The notes: generated from the letters alone by a model not told the origin. DNA of 64,000 bases from an uncultured Solirubrobacterales bacterium (GCA_963719355.1 CAVRBZ010000008.1:408710-472709), one strand, 5' to 3'. Shown: positions 26,201 through 36,736, numbered from the stretch's first letter. Numbers and translations are program-made.

Positions 26201-29200
26201 TTAGCGACGCCTCCCGTGCCGGCGGTTGCGGGACCTTGACTTGGCCGACCGCTTCTGCGTGGGCGCCACGCCCTCGTTCTCGGGGATGTCGGGCGCGGGC
26301 GTGACGTCATCGTCGCGCGATGTGGCGGCATCGGGCCGCGGCGCGCCGTTGCCGGCGCCGTCACTCCCGTCGCGCGGCTGCGGAGCAGGCCGCGCTCCCG
26401 GGGACGCCGGTCGAGGCGACGAGGCCGGCTTGGTGCGCGACTGCCGCGCGCGCGGCGGCGGGGCCGGAGCCTCCGCCGCCTCGGTGTGGGCGAGGCGCTT
26501 GGTCAGCGTCGAGGTGCGGCGCGCCGGCTGTTCCTCCTCGACGTCGACGGATCGCTTCATCTCTTCGAACTCGGCCGCCGAGACGGTCTCCGCCTCCGGC
26601 GTGGTCAGGCGGCCAATCCGGCGATGGCGCTTGGGAGCCGGCTCGATGTCGGCGCCGGTCGCCGCATAGGCCGGCACGTAGCCGAGATCGGCCTCGATCC
26701 GCTCGCGGCGATGGCGGTACTGAGGCTCGCGCTCCTTCCAGTGCGTGAGCACCGGCGAAGCGATGAAGATCGAGGAGTATGCACCGGAGGCCACCCCGAT
26801 GAGCAGCGCGAATGCGAAGTCGGTCAGTTCGGTCGACCCGGCCACGCCGCCGAACAGGAGCAGCGCGACGATCGGCATCAGCGTGCACGCCGTAGTGGCG
26901 ATCGATCGGGTGAGCACCTCGGACATCGAACGGTTGACGATCTGCGAGAACGCCGCGCGCGGCATGCGCGGAATGTTTTCTCGCACCCGGTCGAACACGA
27001 TGATCGTGTCGTACATCGAGTAGCCGAGGATCGTCAGCAGCGCCGCCACCGTCGCGGTGGTCACCTGGCGCCCGGTCAGCGCGTAGACGCCGCTCGTGAT
27101 CAGGAGGTCGTGCGCGAGCGCGATCAGCACCGGGATGGCGAACTTCCACTCGAATCGCAGGGCCACGTAGGCGCAGATCACCAGCAGTGACGCGATAATC
27201 GCGACCACCGCGCTGTTGGCCACGGTCTTGCCGAACGTCGGGCCGACGGAGGTCGCCTGGAACGTGCCGTTGTGAAGGCCGAAGCGGTTTTGCAGGTCGC
27301 GCTTGACCGTCTGGATCTGGCCCGGCTGAAGCTCCTTGGAGGAGATCTGGAACACGTTGGAGCCGAGCGAGCGGTTGGTCACCTTCTGCACCTGGGGGTT
27401 GGCCGCGCCCGAGGAGGCCACCAGCGAGCTCACCTGAGCCTCTGTGGCAGGCTGCTCGAGGCTGGTGGTGATTCGCGACCCCGACGTGAAGTCGATCCCG
27501 AGGTTCAGACCCTTGCCGCCGATGGCCAACGCCCCGATCAGCAGGATGACGCCCGACATCGAGAAGAACCACCTCGAGGCGCCCATGAAGTCGAAGCGCC
27601 ACACGCGCTTCTTGCCCCCCGCACCGAGAGCTGACGGCGAGTGGATCGCACGCGAGTTGCCCATCGTGGTGAGGATCGCCTGGGTGGCCATAACCGCCGT
27701 GAACAGCGAGACGAAGGTGCCGATCCCGAGCGTGAAGGCGAAGCCCTGGACGTCGGAAGTGGCCAGCACGAATAGGATGAACGCGGTCATGATCGTGACC
27801 ACGTTCGCATCGATGATCGCGGTCAGGCCCTTCTTGTAGCCCGTGACGATTCCCTGGCGGATGGAGCGCCCGCCGCGGATCTCCTCCTTGACCCGTTCGA
27901 AGATCACCACGTTGGCGTCGGCGGCCACGCCGATGGTGAGAATCAAACCAGCGATTCCCGGCAGGGTCAGGGTGATCGGGATCAGCTTGATCAGCGCGTA
28001 GAAGTAGATGGCGTAGACGAGCAGGCCGGCGACTGCGATGAGCCCGAGCACCCGGTAGTAGGCGACCAGGAACAGCGCCACGACGAGCAGTCCGACCAGA
28101 CCCGCGGTCAGGCCGGAGTGCAGCGCCTGCTTGCCGAGCGTCGCCGAGACCTGCGATTCGGAGATCAGCTTGAGGTTGATCGGCAGCGCGCCGAGGCGAA
28201 GCTCGTTGGCCAGGTCCTGCGCGGAGCTGATCGTGAAGCTGCCGCTGATGTCCGCGCCGTTGTCACCGTTGATCCCGTCCGGATACTGCTTGTAGTCGAT
28301 GTACGGGACGGTGATCAGCTGGTTGTCGAGCGCCACCGCGAAGTGCTGGTAGTCGGACTGACCGAGGCCACTGACCAGGCTTCCGCGTTGGGCGATCTGC
28401 CCGGTGACGCTCTGGAAGGCGCTCTTGCCCTTGGAGCTGAACCCGAATGTGACGTTCGGCGCGCCGGAGTTCGAGTCCGTACTTTGCTGCGGGTTCGTGA
28501 TGTCGTTGCCGCGTAGCGCGATGTTGTCCTTGAGCACGAAGAACTGCGCATCCGGGGCGCCGATCGGAACCGGATGCGCGAAGCTCGCCGGGATCGCCTG
28601 GAGCACGACCCAGCCCCGCGGCACCGTGAGCATCTGCCCCTCGGACGCGCTGACACCCGCCGGCAGGCCCGAGTGCAGATCGGTCAGGTTCTCGTCCGGC
28701 CCCGAGAGCAGGCAGTGCTGGCCCGCGACGGGCGTGGTGGCTTGCGCGCGGGCCGCGGCCGCGCACGCCGCGCTGCCCGGCGTTCCGAACATCCAGTACT
28801 GCGGCCCGGTGCGCGAGTTAGCCGTGCTGGACCAGGGCTGCTGCTTGGCGGCGAGCTGCACGGCCTGGTAGAGGCCCATGCTCCCCGAGCCGGGCTCGCC
28901 CGGCGCGCTGTTTCCGCCGGCCCCCTGGCTGATCGTCAGCGCGGTCGGATCCTGGGCCTCGAGCTGGCTCGCGACGGTCTTGCCGTTGGGGGTCAGCGCG
29001 TTGGCCTCCCAGTCGTAGAAGGCGAGCTGCGCCGTCGTCCCGACCTGCCGCTCAGCCCGGGCGGTATCGGTCACGTTGGGCAGGCCGACCGTGATGAGGT
29101 CCTTGCCGGTGGTCTGGATCTGCGGCTCCGCCACACCGAGTTGGTCGACGCGGCTGCGCATGATGTCGACCGCGCGCTGGAGGGCGTCCGAGGTGACCAC

Positions 29201-29380
29201 GGGCGTCTGGGCGCTCGGCTGGCCCTGGTACACGAGCTGGACACCGCCCTTGAGGTCGAGGCCCAGGACGGTCTTCCTGGCCTTGGTCGCGCCGGGGATG
29301 CCGACGATCACGATCAGCGAGGCGATGAGCAGCCCCCCGACCAGGAGCAGGATGAAGCCGTTGCGCTGGCGATCAGTCAT
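26201..29380 (-). CDS. secDF: Protein translocase SecD-SecF fusion
   Basis: LGLDLKGG, LRLGALP, DANVVIFER, LGIDFTSG and DTIIVFDRVRE. Long disordered C-terminal tail. Confidence 0.95.
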   Translation of the reverse strand: MTDRQRNGFILLLVGGLLIASLIVIVGIPGATKARKTVLGLDLKGGVQLVYQGQPSAQTPVVTSDALQRAVDIMRSRVDQLGVAEPQIQTTGKDLITVGLPNVTDTARAERQVGTTAQLAFYDWEANALTPNGKTVASQLEAQDPTALTISQGAGGNSAPGEPGSGSMGLYQAVQLAAKQQPWSSTANSRTGPQYWMFGTPGSAACAAAARAQATTPVAGQHCLLSGPDENLTDLHSGLPAGVSASEGQMLTVPRGWVVLQAIPASFAHPVPIGAPDAQFFVLKDNIALRGNDITNPQQSTDSNSGAPNVTFGFSSKGKSAFQSVTGQIAQRGSLVSGLGQSDYQHFAVALDNQLITVPYIDYKQYPDGINGDNGADISGSFTISSAQDLANELRLGALPINLKLISESQVSATLGKQALHSGLTAGLVGLLVVALFLVAYYRVLGLIAVAGLLVYAIYFYALIKLIPITLTLPGIAGLILTIGVAADANVVIFERVKEEIRGGRSIRQGIVTGYKKGLTAIIDANVVTIMTAFILFVLATSDVQGFAFTLGIGTFVSLFTAVMATQAILTTMGNSRAIHSPSALGAGGKKRVWRFDFMGASRWFFSMSGVILLIGALAIGGKGLNLGIDFTSGSRITTSLEQPATEAQVSSLVASSGAANPQVQKVTNRSLGSNVFQISSKELQPGQIQTVKRDLQNRFGLHNGTFQATSVGPTFGKTVANSAVVAIIASLLVICAYVALRFEWKFAIPVLIALAHDLLITSGVYALTGRQVTTATVAALLTILGYSMYDTIIVFDRVRENIPRMPRAAFSQIVNRSMSEVLTRSIATTACTLMPIVALLLFGGVAGSTELTDFAFALLIGVASGAYSSIFIASPVLTHWKEREPQYRHRRERIEADLGYVPAYAATGADIEPAPKRHRRIGRLTTPEAETVSAAEFEEMKRSVDVEEEQPARRTSTLTKRLAHTEAAEAPAPPPRARQSRTKPASSPRPASPGARPAPQPRDGSDGAGNGAPRPDAATSRDDDVTPAPDIPENEGVAPTQKRSAKSRSRNRRHGRRR

Positions 29381-29438
29381 CGGTCCTGCTGGATGCTAGA
29401 GGTCCGGGAGCGGGGTGTGGCGTTCGTTGGAACGGCTC

Positions 29439-29903
29439 TCACCGATGGTTAGTGGGCGTGAGCACGACCAGAACGCCGCCATCCTCGTCGTCGTAGGCGG
29501 GAAAGATGTCGGCTACCGCGCGGGCGGGCAGATCGCGCTCGGCGTTGACCTCGACCGGCTTGGCCTTGACCCGAACCTCCCACTCGAGGGCGGTGTTCAC
29601 GTGATCGGTTCCGTCGTCGAAGCGCAACCCCAAGACCTCGTTCACCGGGCGGCCGATCACCTGCTCGGTCTTCAACCCGGTCAACTCGAAAGAGCCCCGG
29701 CCGCAGTCGATGATACGCCCGTCCGCGTCGCAGGCGAAGAAGGCCGCATTGGGAGCCGGGTAGTAGTCGTCCAGGAGCTCGAACAGGTAGGCGAAGCCAC
29801 ACTTATCGCAGCCTCGGGCCTCGCGGCGGAAGCCGGCGTTCCGGTCGATGCCCAGCGAGCGGTTGCCGCAGTGGGGGCAGATGAAGTAGTGCTCGTGACT
29901 CAT
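29439..29903 (-). CDS. Zinc-ribbon + PAS domain protein
   Basis: CPHC..CDKC followed by PAS-like AFFACDADGRII..FELTGLKTEQVIGRPVNEVL. Confidence 0.75.
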   Translation of the reverse strand: MSHEHYFICPHCGNRSLGIDRNAGFRREARGCDKCGFAYLFELLDDYYPAPNAAFFACDADGRIIDCGRGSFELTGLKTEQVIGRPVNEVLGLRFDDGTDHVNTALEWEVRVKAKPVEVNAERDLPARAVADIFPAYDDEDGGVLVVLTPTNHR

Positions 29904-30042
29904 GCGCGATTCGGAAGGATTCCGGCCGTCGACAGGCGATTCACGACGCGAGCGTCCGTACTCGAGTCGGCGCCCTGAGGATAGCCGCCGCCGGCGCCAC
30001 GACCGCCCAGGTCTTCATCAACACTTAGGACCCGCGCGGGTC

Positions 30043-31083
30043 CTAAAGGAGCGACAGGGGGCCCGGCGGCTCCAGCCCGAGGTGCGCGAAAGCGTGCCGC
30101 GTGGCCGCCCGTCCCCGCGGGGTGCGCACGATCAGGCCACGCTGGAGCAGGTACGGCTCGTACACGTCCTCGATCGTGTCCTGCTCCTCGCCCACGGCCA
30201 CGGCGAGCGTGGAGAGTCCGACCGGACCGCCGCCGAACTTCTCGCAGATGGCCCGCAGGATCTCGCGATCGAGCCGGTCGAGCCCCGCGTGGTCGACCTG
30301 GAGCAGGTCGAGCGCCTCGATTCCCACCTTCCCCGTGACCACGCCGGTTCCCCGCACCTCGGCGTAATCCCGGACCCGCTTGAGCAAGCGGTTGGCCACG
30401 CGCGGCGTGCCGCGGCTGCGCTCGGCGATGGCCACGGCGCCGGCGTCTTCGATCGCTACGTCGAGCAGCCGGGCCGAGCGGCGCACGATCGTCGCCAGGT
30501 CCTCGAGGCCGTAGTGCTCGAGGCGATGCTGGATCCCGAAGCGGTCCCGCAGGGGCGTCGTGATCAGACCGGCGCGAGTCGTGGCGCCGATCAGCGTGAA
30601 CGGCGGCAGCGGGATCGTCATCACGCGCGCGCCCGCCCCCTGCCCGACCGTGATGGGCAGGATGGCGTCCTCCATGGCCGGATAGAACGTCTCCTCGAGC
30701 GCGCGCGGCAGGCGGTGGATCTCGTCCACGAAGAACACCGCCCGCGGCTCGAGCGCGGTGAGGAATGCGGCCACGTCGCCTTTGCGCTCGAGCGCGGGCC
30801 CCGCCGTCTGCACGAACGGCACCTCGAGCTCAGCGGCGACGATCTGCGCCAGCGAGGTCTTGCCCAGACCGGGCGGCCCGGCGAGCAGAACGTGGTCGAG
30901 CGCGTCGCCGCGACTGGCCGCCGCCGCGATCGACACCGCCAGCTGGTCCTTGATCGCCTCCTGCCCGACGAAGTCCTCGAGCCGGCGGGGGCGCAGCGAA
31001 CGATCGAGATCCTCCTCCGGCAGCGCCTCCGGATCCTGGATCCGCCGCGGGCGGTCGTCGTTGATTTCCCGCACCGGGCTCAT
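30043..31083 (-). CDS. ruvB: Holliday junction helicase RuvB
   Basis: LRPRRLEDFVGQ, GPPGLGKT, DEIHR, GATTRAG and RTPRGR. Confidence 0.97.
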   Translation of the reverse strand: MSPVREINDDRPRRIQDPEALPEEDLDRSLRPRRLEDFVGQEAIKDQLAVSIAAAASRGDALDHVLLAGPPGLGKTSLAQIVAAELEVPFVQTAGPALERKGDVAAFLTALEPRAVFFVDEIHRLPRALEETFYPAMEDAILPITVGQGAGARVMTIPLPPFTLIGATTRAGLITTPLRDRFGIQHRLEHYGLEDLATIVRRSARLLDVAIEDAGAVAIAERSRGTPRVANRLLKRVRDYAEVRGTGVVTGKVGIEALDLLQVDHAGLDRLDREILRAICEKFGGGPVGLSTLAVAVGEEQDTIEDVYEPYLLQRGLIVRTPRGRAATRHAFAHLGLEPPGPLSLL

Positions 31084-31661
31084 CGGCGGGCCGTCCTGAG
31101 CGCGTACGCGATCAGATCCTCGGGCCGTTCACCTTCTGCCGCGTCGAGCAGCTCGTCGACCTCGACCGGGCTGTAGCCGAGCCCGAGGAGCCCGTCCCGG
31201 GCGAGCGCGCGCGGATCGTCGCCGGCGGCGCCGCCCACCGTCACCGGCGTCGGCACCGTGGCGCCGACCTTCTCTCGCAGCTCGACGATGATCCGCTCCG
31301 CAGTCCGTTTCCCGACTCCGGGCGCCGCCTGCAGACGCCCCGTGTCGCCCGCCGCCACCGCCTTGAGGAGCTCGCGCGGGGGCCCGCCCGAAAGCACCGC
31401 CAGCGCCACCTTCGGGCCCACCGACTGCACCGAGATCAGCATGAGGAAGAGCTCGCGCTCCTCTTCGGTGGCGAATCCGTAGAGCTGGAGCGCGTCGTCG
31501 CGCACCACCAGATGGGTGTGCAGGAGCACCTCCTTCCCGACCCCGGGGACGTGCCGGAGCGTCTCGGCCGACACGGCCAGCCGGTAGCCGACGCCGCCGC
31601 AGTCGACCACGACGTGGTCGCCGCGCCGGACGGCCACGGTGCCGGAGACCAAGGCGATCAC
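31080..31661 (-). CDS. ruvA: Holliday junction binding protein RuvA
   Basis: (M)IALVSG, GVGY, VRDDALQLYGF, VGPKVAL and GVGKRTAERI. Confidence 0.94.
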   Translation of the reverse strand: MIALVSGTVAVRRGDHVVVDCGGVGYRLAVSAETLRHVPGVGKEVLLHTHLVVRDDALQLYGFATEEERELFLMLISVQSVGPKVALAVLSGGPPRELLKAVAAGDTGRLQAAPGVGKRTAERIIVELREKVGATVPTPVTVGGAAGDDPRALARDGLLGLGYSPVEVDELLDAAEGERPEDLIAYALRTARR

Positions 31662-32308
31662 GCGCCTACCCCCGTCACGGCCTCCGGCCGCGTTCCCGTC
31701 TTCGACCGCGTCCCCGCCTCCGACCGCCTCCCCGCCCCCGACCGCGTTCCGGCCTCCGAGCGCGTTTCGGCCTCCGACCGCGTTCCGGCCTCCGACCGCA
31801 GTCCCGCGGACGCCCCCGCTCCAGCTACCGCGCGCGCCATCGGAGCCCGGTTCAGATCGCAGATCGCCACCGCCAGCGCGTCCGCGGCGTGGTCGGGCGT
31901 CGGTGGCCCGGCCAGGCCGAGCAGTCGCGCCACCATCCGGCCGACCTGCTCCTTGCCGGCGCGCCCGTGGCCGCACACGGCGTCCTTGACCTGCTGCGGC
32001 GTGTACGAGCGGGAGGGCACGCCGCGCTGGCCGGCCGCCAGCAGCACCACACCCCGGGCCTGGCCGACCGCGAACGCTGTCCGGGCGTTGGCCCCGAAAT
32101 ACAGTTCCTCGATCGCCACCGCGGCCGGCCGGTACTCGTCGAGCAGATTCCCCACGCACGCGTGGATCTCGGCCAGCCGGCGCTCGAGGGCAACCCCGGG
32201 ATGTGTCTCGATCACGCCGGCGGTGTGGGCGCGTAGCCGCAAGCCGGCGCTTTCAATCACGCCAAAGCCGGTGCTCGCAGTGCCGGGGTCGATGCCCAGA
32301 ACGATCAT
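31658..32308 (-). CDS. ruvC: Crossover junction endodeoxyribonuclease RuvC
   Basis: MIVLGIDPG, AIEELYF, GQARG and DHAADALAVAIC. Confidence 0.95.
   Translation of the reverse strand: MIVLGIDPGTASTGFGVIESAGLRLRAHTAGVIETHPGVALERRLAEIHACVGNLLDEYRPAAVAIEELYFGANARTAFAVGQARGVVLLAAGQRGVPSRSYTPQQVKDAVCGHGRAGKEQVGRMVARLLGLAGPPTPDHAADALAVAICDLNRAPMARAVAGAGASAGLRSEAGTRSEAETRSEAGTRSGAGRRSEAGTRSKTGTRPEAVTGVGA
31681..31800. repeat. 18-bp tandem repeat (about 6.7 copies) in the ruvC 3' end
   Basis: Consensus CCTCCGACCGCGTTCCGG, encoding RSEAGT-like units. Confidence 0.85.
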
Positions 32309-32486
32309 GGGATCACCATTCTGCGCGGCCGCTCGGACGCCTGCCGGGATCCGGCGCCGGCTCGCCGGCGTGGACCTGGTGGTGTGATGAATTAGCCGCG
32401 CATATGGCGGCAAAGTGCACACGCCCAGCGGTAGCCCGCGTGGGCGGGCCGCTAACCCCCCGGCCCTGGTGCGCGCGGGCGCACGC

Positions 32487-34166
32487 CTAACCACCCACGC
32501 AGCGCTGATCCGCGCCAGGCGCGGTCACGCGATAGACCTTCCATGCGCCCACCTGCGCGATCAGCTGCGACTGCGTGAGCCGCCGCGAGACCGGCGCCGC
32601 GATCCCGTCGATCGTGTCGTGCGGCCCGACGAACATCACGCCCTGGTGGCGCATCGAAGTCCCCACTCGGCCGAGGGTCACGTGGAGCTTCCAGGCCAGC
32701 GCGGTCTGAACGCCGTGGTTCACCGACGCGAAGCTCGACTTGCATGGGAACACCCGGCGATGGCCGCCCACCGCGGCGACCGCGGCCGAAAGCTCGTCAA
32801 GCCGCTTCACGGCGGCCGATGCCACCGAGTTCTGCCGGCGGGCCTCATTCACACGCCCGGCGGCGAACGGGATCGTCAGCGCCAGCAGCGCCACGACGAC
32901 GGCAATCCCGACCCCGACCCGGGGCGCGCCGGGGAGCGAGCGATCGGGGGCCGCGCCGGGGAGCGAGCGATCGGGGGCCGCGCCGGGGAGCGAGCGATCG
33001 GGGGCCGCGCCGGCGGGGGCGTGATCGGGGGCCGCGCCCGCGGCGGAGCGGTCGGACGCCGCGCCGGCGCCGGACTCGGGCGCCGCGCCGGCGCCGGCGC
33101 GATCGGCCACCGCCCTCGAGGCCAGCTCGGCCAGCCGCGCGATCCCAACGCCGGCCAGCACGCAGGTCACTCCCGCGGCCGGGAGATAGAACCGCTCCAA
33201 CCCGGGATAGCCGTCGAGGGTCATCCCGACCACGACCACCCACCAGACGAACACTCCGGCAGCGAGTGCCAGCACAAGACGGTCGCGCCACGCCAGCGCC
33301 ACCGCCACGGCAGCGAACACGAGCAACGGGATGGTCTGCACGTCGAGGCCGCGGCCCAGCACGGTGAACAGCGGATACTTGCCGAGCGCGCCGTTGTACT
33401 CCGCCGCATGTTGGGCGGCCAGGAACGGTTGGCCGGAACCCACCCAGGGCGGGACGAACCAGAAGAACGGGATCGACAACAACCCCACCGCCAGCAACGC
33501 CCGCAGGCGCGGGTGACCGAACCACAGCCAGGCCGCGTAGACGATGAGGAAAGGCCACGCCTCGGGACGGATCAAGCCCGTTGCCACCGCGAGCACGAAG
33601 GCCCATCCGTACCGCCGCTCGAGGTGCCGGTCGATCGCCCACAGTGTGCACCCGATCAGCATCGGCTCGCTCGTGCCCCGGAACATCTCGTAGAACCATT
33701 CCTGCGTCAGCACAACGCCCCCCGCCGCCACGAGCCCCGCGGCCACCGCCGCCCACCGGGGCGCCCGGATCAGCCGGGCGGCAAGCCGGTAGGCAGCCGG
33801 CAGGCCGAGCAGGCCGCCGGCGCGGGCGGTGATCACCCACAACGTCGGTGCTGCCGCGCTGCCGAACAGCGCGTAGACGGTGGTGAACGGGAACACCGGC
33901 AGCGGTTTCCAGGATGGACCGCCGCTGATCGCGAAGCTCAGATGAGGATCGACGACCTCGCGGCCCCACGAGATCCACGCCCACGGGTCATAGCTCGGCA
34001 CGGTGGGCAGCACGGCGACCGAAAGAACCGCCAGCACGACGCAAACGGCCGTGGAAGAGAGAAACGGATACTGCTGCCCCCAAGACCTCCAGCCCGGGCG
34101 TTCGGCCCGCGGGGCCTCCGCCGGCGGCGACCCAGAGGTGGAGGCGGGTGTCTGAGTGACGCTCAC
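32487..34166 (-). CDS. Multi-TM membrane protein, probable GT-C glycosyltransferase
   Basis: SYDPWAWISWGRE, PSWKPLP, SEP, LIRPEAWPF and RFY. GTGA overlap with the GT2 gene. Confidence 0.65.
   Translation of the reverse strand: MSVTQTPASTSGSPPAEAPRAERPGWRSWGQQYPFLSSTAVCVVLAVLSVAVLPTVPSYDPWAWISWGREVVDPHLSFAISGGPSWKPLPVFPFTTVYALFGSAAAPTLWVITARAGGLLGLPAAYRLAARLIRAPRWAAVAAGLVAAGGVVLTQEWFYEMFRGTSEPMLIGCTLWAIDRHLERRYGWAFVLAVATGLIRPEAWPFLIVYAAWLWFGHPRLRALLAVGLLSIPFFWFVPPWVGSGQPFLAAQHAAEYNGALGKYPLFTVLGRGLDVQTIPLLVFAAVAVALAWRDRLVLALAAGVFVWWVVVVGMTLDGYPGLERFYLPAAGVTCVLAGVGIARLAELASRAVADRAGAGAAPESGAGAASDRSAAGAAPDHAPAGAAPDRSLPGAAPDRSLPGAAPDRSLPGAPRVGVGIAVVVALLALTIPFAAGRVNEARRQNSVASAAVKRLDELSAAVAAVGGHRRVFPCKSSFASVNHGVQTALAWKLHVTLGRVGTSMRHQGVMFVGPHDTIDGIAAPVSRRLTQSQLIAQVGAWKVYRVTAPGADQRCVGG
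32926..33084. repeat. 27-bp tandem repeat (3 exact plus about 3 degenerate copies)
   Basis: GCGCCGGGGAGCGAGCGATCGGGGGCC, encoding GAAPDRSLP. Confidence 0.9.
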
Positions 34167-34867
34167 CGTCGGATCGGATCCGAGAAGCGGCAGCGCAGCA
34201 GCGTGCCGAGCACCCGGAACCCATCCGCCGCAGTCAGCTTCTTGCCCTCGTTGGTGGCGCGCGCCCGGTAGTGCACGGGCACCTCGAAGATCCGCTCGCC
34301 GCGCTGCACGAGGCGCGCCGTGATCTCCGGCTCGATCGCGAAGCCGGCCGAGCGCAGCGGCAGGCTGCGGAACACATCGGTCCGGATCATCTTGTGGCAC
34401 GTCATGATGTCGTGCAGGTACACGTTGAACAGGACGTTGCAGGCGAACGTCACGCCCTTGTTCCCCAGCACGAACAGGAACGAGTGGCTGGTGTAGCCGT
34501 CGAACGCTCGCACTCCGAAGCAGGCGTTGGTCCGCCCATCCAGCAGCGGCGGCATGAGCAGCCCGAGATCGGTCGGGTCGTACTCGAGGTCGGCGTCGAA
34601 GATCGCCGCGTAGTCGCCCTGCGCCTTGGCCAGGCCGGTCTGGACCGCGGCGCCCTTGCCTCGGTTCTCGGGATGCTCGAACAGGCGCACCCGGCCGGGC
34701 GGGTGGGAATCGATCAAGCCGCGGAGGATCGCGCGCGTCCCGTCGGTGGAGCCGTCGTCGACCACGATCAGCTCGAACTCGGTGGGCAGCTGCGTATCGA
34801 GCACCTCGGCGATGGCCTGCTCGACGCGCTCGCGCTCGTTGTAGACGGGCATCAGGATCGAAAGCAT
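34163..34867 (-). CDS. Family 2 glycosyltransferase (polyprenol-phosphate sugar synthase-like)
   Basis: LSILMPVYNE, VDDGSTDGT, NRGKGAAV, DADLEYDP and FAIEPEIT. Confidence 0.92.
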   Translation of the reverse strand: MLSILMPVYNERERVEQAIAEVLDTQLPTEFELIVVDDGSTDGTRAILRGLIDSHPPGRVRLFEHPENRGKGAAVQTGLAKAQGDYAAIFDADLEYDPTDLGLLMPPLLDGRTNACFGVRAFDGYTSHSFLFVLGNKGVTFACNVLFNVYLHDIMTCHKMIRTDVFRSLPLRSAGFAIEPEITARLVQRGERIFEVPVHYRARATNEGKKLTAADGFRVLGTLLRCRFSDPIRR

Positions 34868-35052
34868 GTGAACGTGGGATTTTGAATGGGATCCCCGCCC
34901 TCCCAGACTGAGCGGGCCTACCAGCGACATCGATACGCGACGGCCGGGACGGGACCCGCGAGGGCGCTCGATGCTAGCCGATCATCCGGACCGGAGACAC
35001 GACGCGATGTGACCTGGCACGAGACCTTGCGATTTGCGCAACGATCCCCCCC

Positions 35053-36210
35053 GTGGACTACGAAGCGGCCGGATTGCTCGACGGGCTCGAGGGGGAGGAC
35101 CGCGCCGGGCGCGAGCGCCTGCTCGACCGCCTCGCCGGCGTGGGCTTCACGCTCGAGGAACTGGAACAGGCGGTACAGGAGGACCGGCTCGCCCTGTTGC
35201 TCGTGGAGCGCGTTCTCGGCGGCCGCTATACCGCTCGCGAGCTCGAAAAGCGGACCGGTCTCGCAGCGGCCCAGATGCTCCGTATCCGGCGGCTCCTCGG
35301 CCTGCCGGAGGCCTCGCCCGACGACCCGGTGTTCGGCGAGGAGGAGATCAAGGCGGCGCAGTCCACCCGGCTGTTTCTCGACGTCGGGCTGGCCGAGGAG
35401 GCGATCGCCGAGATCACGCGGGTGCTCGGCGAGGGTATGGCCCGGCTGGCCGCCACCACCGCCGCCGCGTTCGTCGATGCGTTCCTCGAGCCCGGGGACA
35501 GCGAGGATGAGGTCGCGCAGCGGTTCGCCTCGGTGGCCGAGCAGCTGATTCCGGCCATCGACCCTGTCCTGTGCGCCGCCTACAAGCATCACCTGGCCGA
35601 GAGCGTCCGGCGCGGGATGCTGAGCCGCGCCGAGCGCGAGGCCGGCGAGGCCGGCCGCGCCCAGGAGGTCACGGTCTGCTTCGTCGACATGGTCGGGTTC
35701 ACCCGGCTCGGGGCGGAGATCGACCCGCACGAGCTCGGCAGCCTGGCCAGCAAGCTGGCCGAGCTGGCCACTGACTTGACCGAGCCGCCCGTGCGCCTGG
35801 TCAAGACGATCGGGGACGCCGCGATGTTCGTCAGCCCCGAGGCCGCCCCGCTGGTAAAGGTGGCGCTGTCGCTAATCGAGGCGGTCGAGGCTGCCGACCT
35901 CCCGAGCCTGCGCGCGGGCGTGGCCTGCGGGACCGCCTTGCAGCGCGCCGGCGACTTCTACGGCCACGCGGTCAACCTGGCCAGCCGCGTGACGGGCGTC
36001 GCTCGCCCGGGCAGCGTGCTCTGCACGCAGGAGATCCATGACGACGCCCCCGACCAGTTCGACTGGTCGTTCGCGCGCAAGCACCGGCTCAAGGGCATGT
36101 CCGAGTCCGTCCCGCTGTACCGGGCCCGTCGACTCATCGAACCGCGCGACGCCCCCGAAGCCGACAGCCAACCCGTCAAACAGCCGCAAGCCGGCGAGAC
36201 GGTTAAGTAG
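35053..36210 (+). CDS. Class III adenylate/guanylate cyclase with N-terminal regulatory domain (Rv1264-like)
   Basis: FVDMVGFT, VKTIGDAAM, GDFYGHAVNLASR and LKG. Confidence 0.9.
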   Translation: MDYEAAGLLDGLEGEDRAGRERLLDRLAGVGFTLEELEQAVQEDRLALLLVERVLGGRYTARELEKRTGLAAAQMLRIRRLLGLPEASPDDPVFGEEEIKAAQSTRLFLDVGLAEEAIAEITRVLGEGMARLAATTAAAFVDAFLEPGDSEDEVAQRFASVAEQLIPAIDPVLCAAYKHHLAESVRRGMLSRAEREAGEAGRAQEVTVCFVDMVGFTRLGAEIDPHELGSLASKLAELATDLTEPPVRLVKTIGDAAMFVSPEAAPLVKVALSLIEAVEAADLPSLRAGVACGTALQRAGDFYGHAVNLASRVTGVARPGSVLCTQEIHDDAPDQFDWSFARKHRLKGMSESVPLYRARRLIEPRDAPEADSQPVKQPQAGETVK

Positions 36211-36736
36211 AAGAAATCGAAAGCAAGTCGACGACGAACACGAGCGGCGAGTTAGGTGGGATCGTGGGCGGGTTCCCCCGCGTCCCGTAGGCCAGGTTGG
36301 CCGGGATGATCAGCTCGCGTCGGCCGCCTACCTTCATGCCAGGGATGCCTTCGACCCACCCCTGGATAACGCCGCCGGCGGTCAGCGGGAACGTGGCTGG
36401 CTGCCCGTTCTTCCAAGAGGAGTCGAACTCCTTGCCGGTCTTGTACAGAACGCCTACATAGTTGACCGTGACCGTCTGGCCGGCCTTGACGGTCTTGCCG
36501 GTTCCCACGACGAGGTCCTTCGTCACCAGCTGCTTCGGCGCCGGGCCATTCGGGACGTTCACCACCGGCTTGTTGGCGATCGCCGGCGGGGGTTTGGGCG
36601 TGGTCGCCACCGCGGTCGCGGTGGCTCCGCCCGAGGGCACGGTCTCAACGCCCGGCGCCTTGGAGGAGCCTCCGCAGCCCGCGAGTCCGGCCGCCACCAG
36701 GGCGATGATCGGCATGAGGAAATTACGCGTTCGCAT
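36203..36736 (-). CDS. FKBP-type peptidyl-prolyl isomerase, lipoprotein
   Basis: LAGC lipobox, VNYVG, FDSSW, VIQGW, MKVGGRR and LAYG. Confidence 0.93.
   Translation of the reverse strand: MRTRNFLMPIIALVAAGLAGCGGSSKAPGVETVPSGGATATAVATTPKPPPAIANKPVVNVPNGPAPKQLVTKDLVVGTGKTVKAGQTVTVNYVGVLYKTGKEFDSSWKNGQPATFPLTAGGVIQGWVEGIPGMKVGGRRELIIPANLAYGTRGNPPTIPPNSPLVFVVDLLSISST

Noticed and set aside
18997-33084. Tandem repeats considered as CRISPR arrays
   Set aside because: No unique spacers, all are in-frame inside CDSs, and there are no cas genes.
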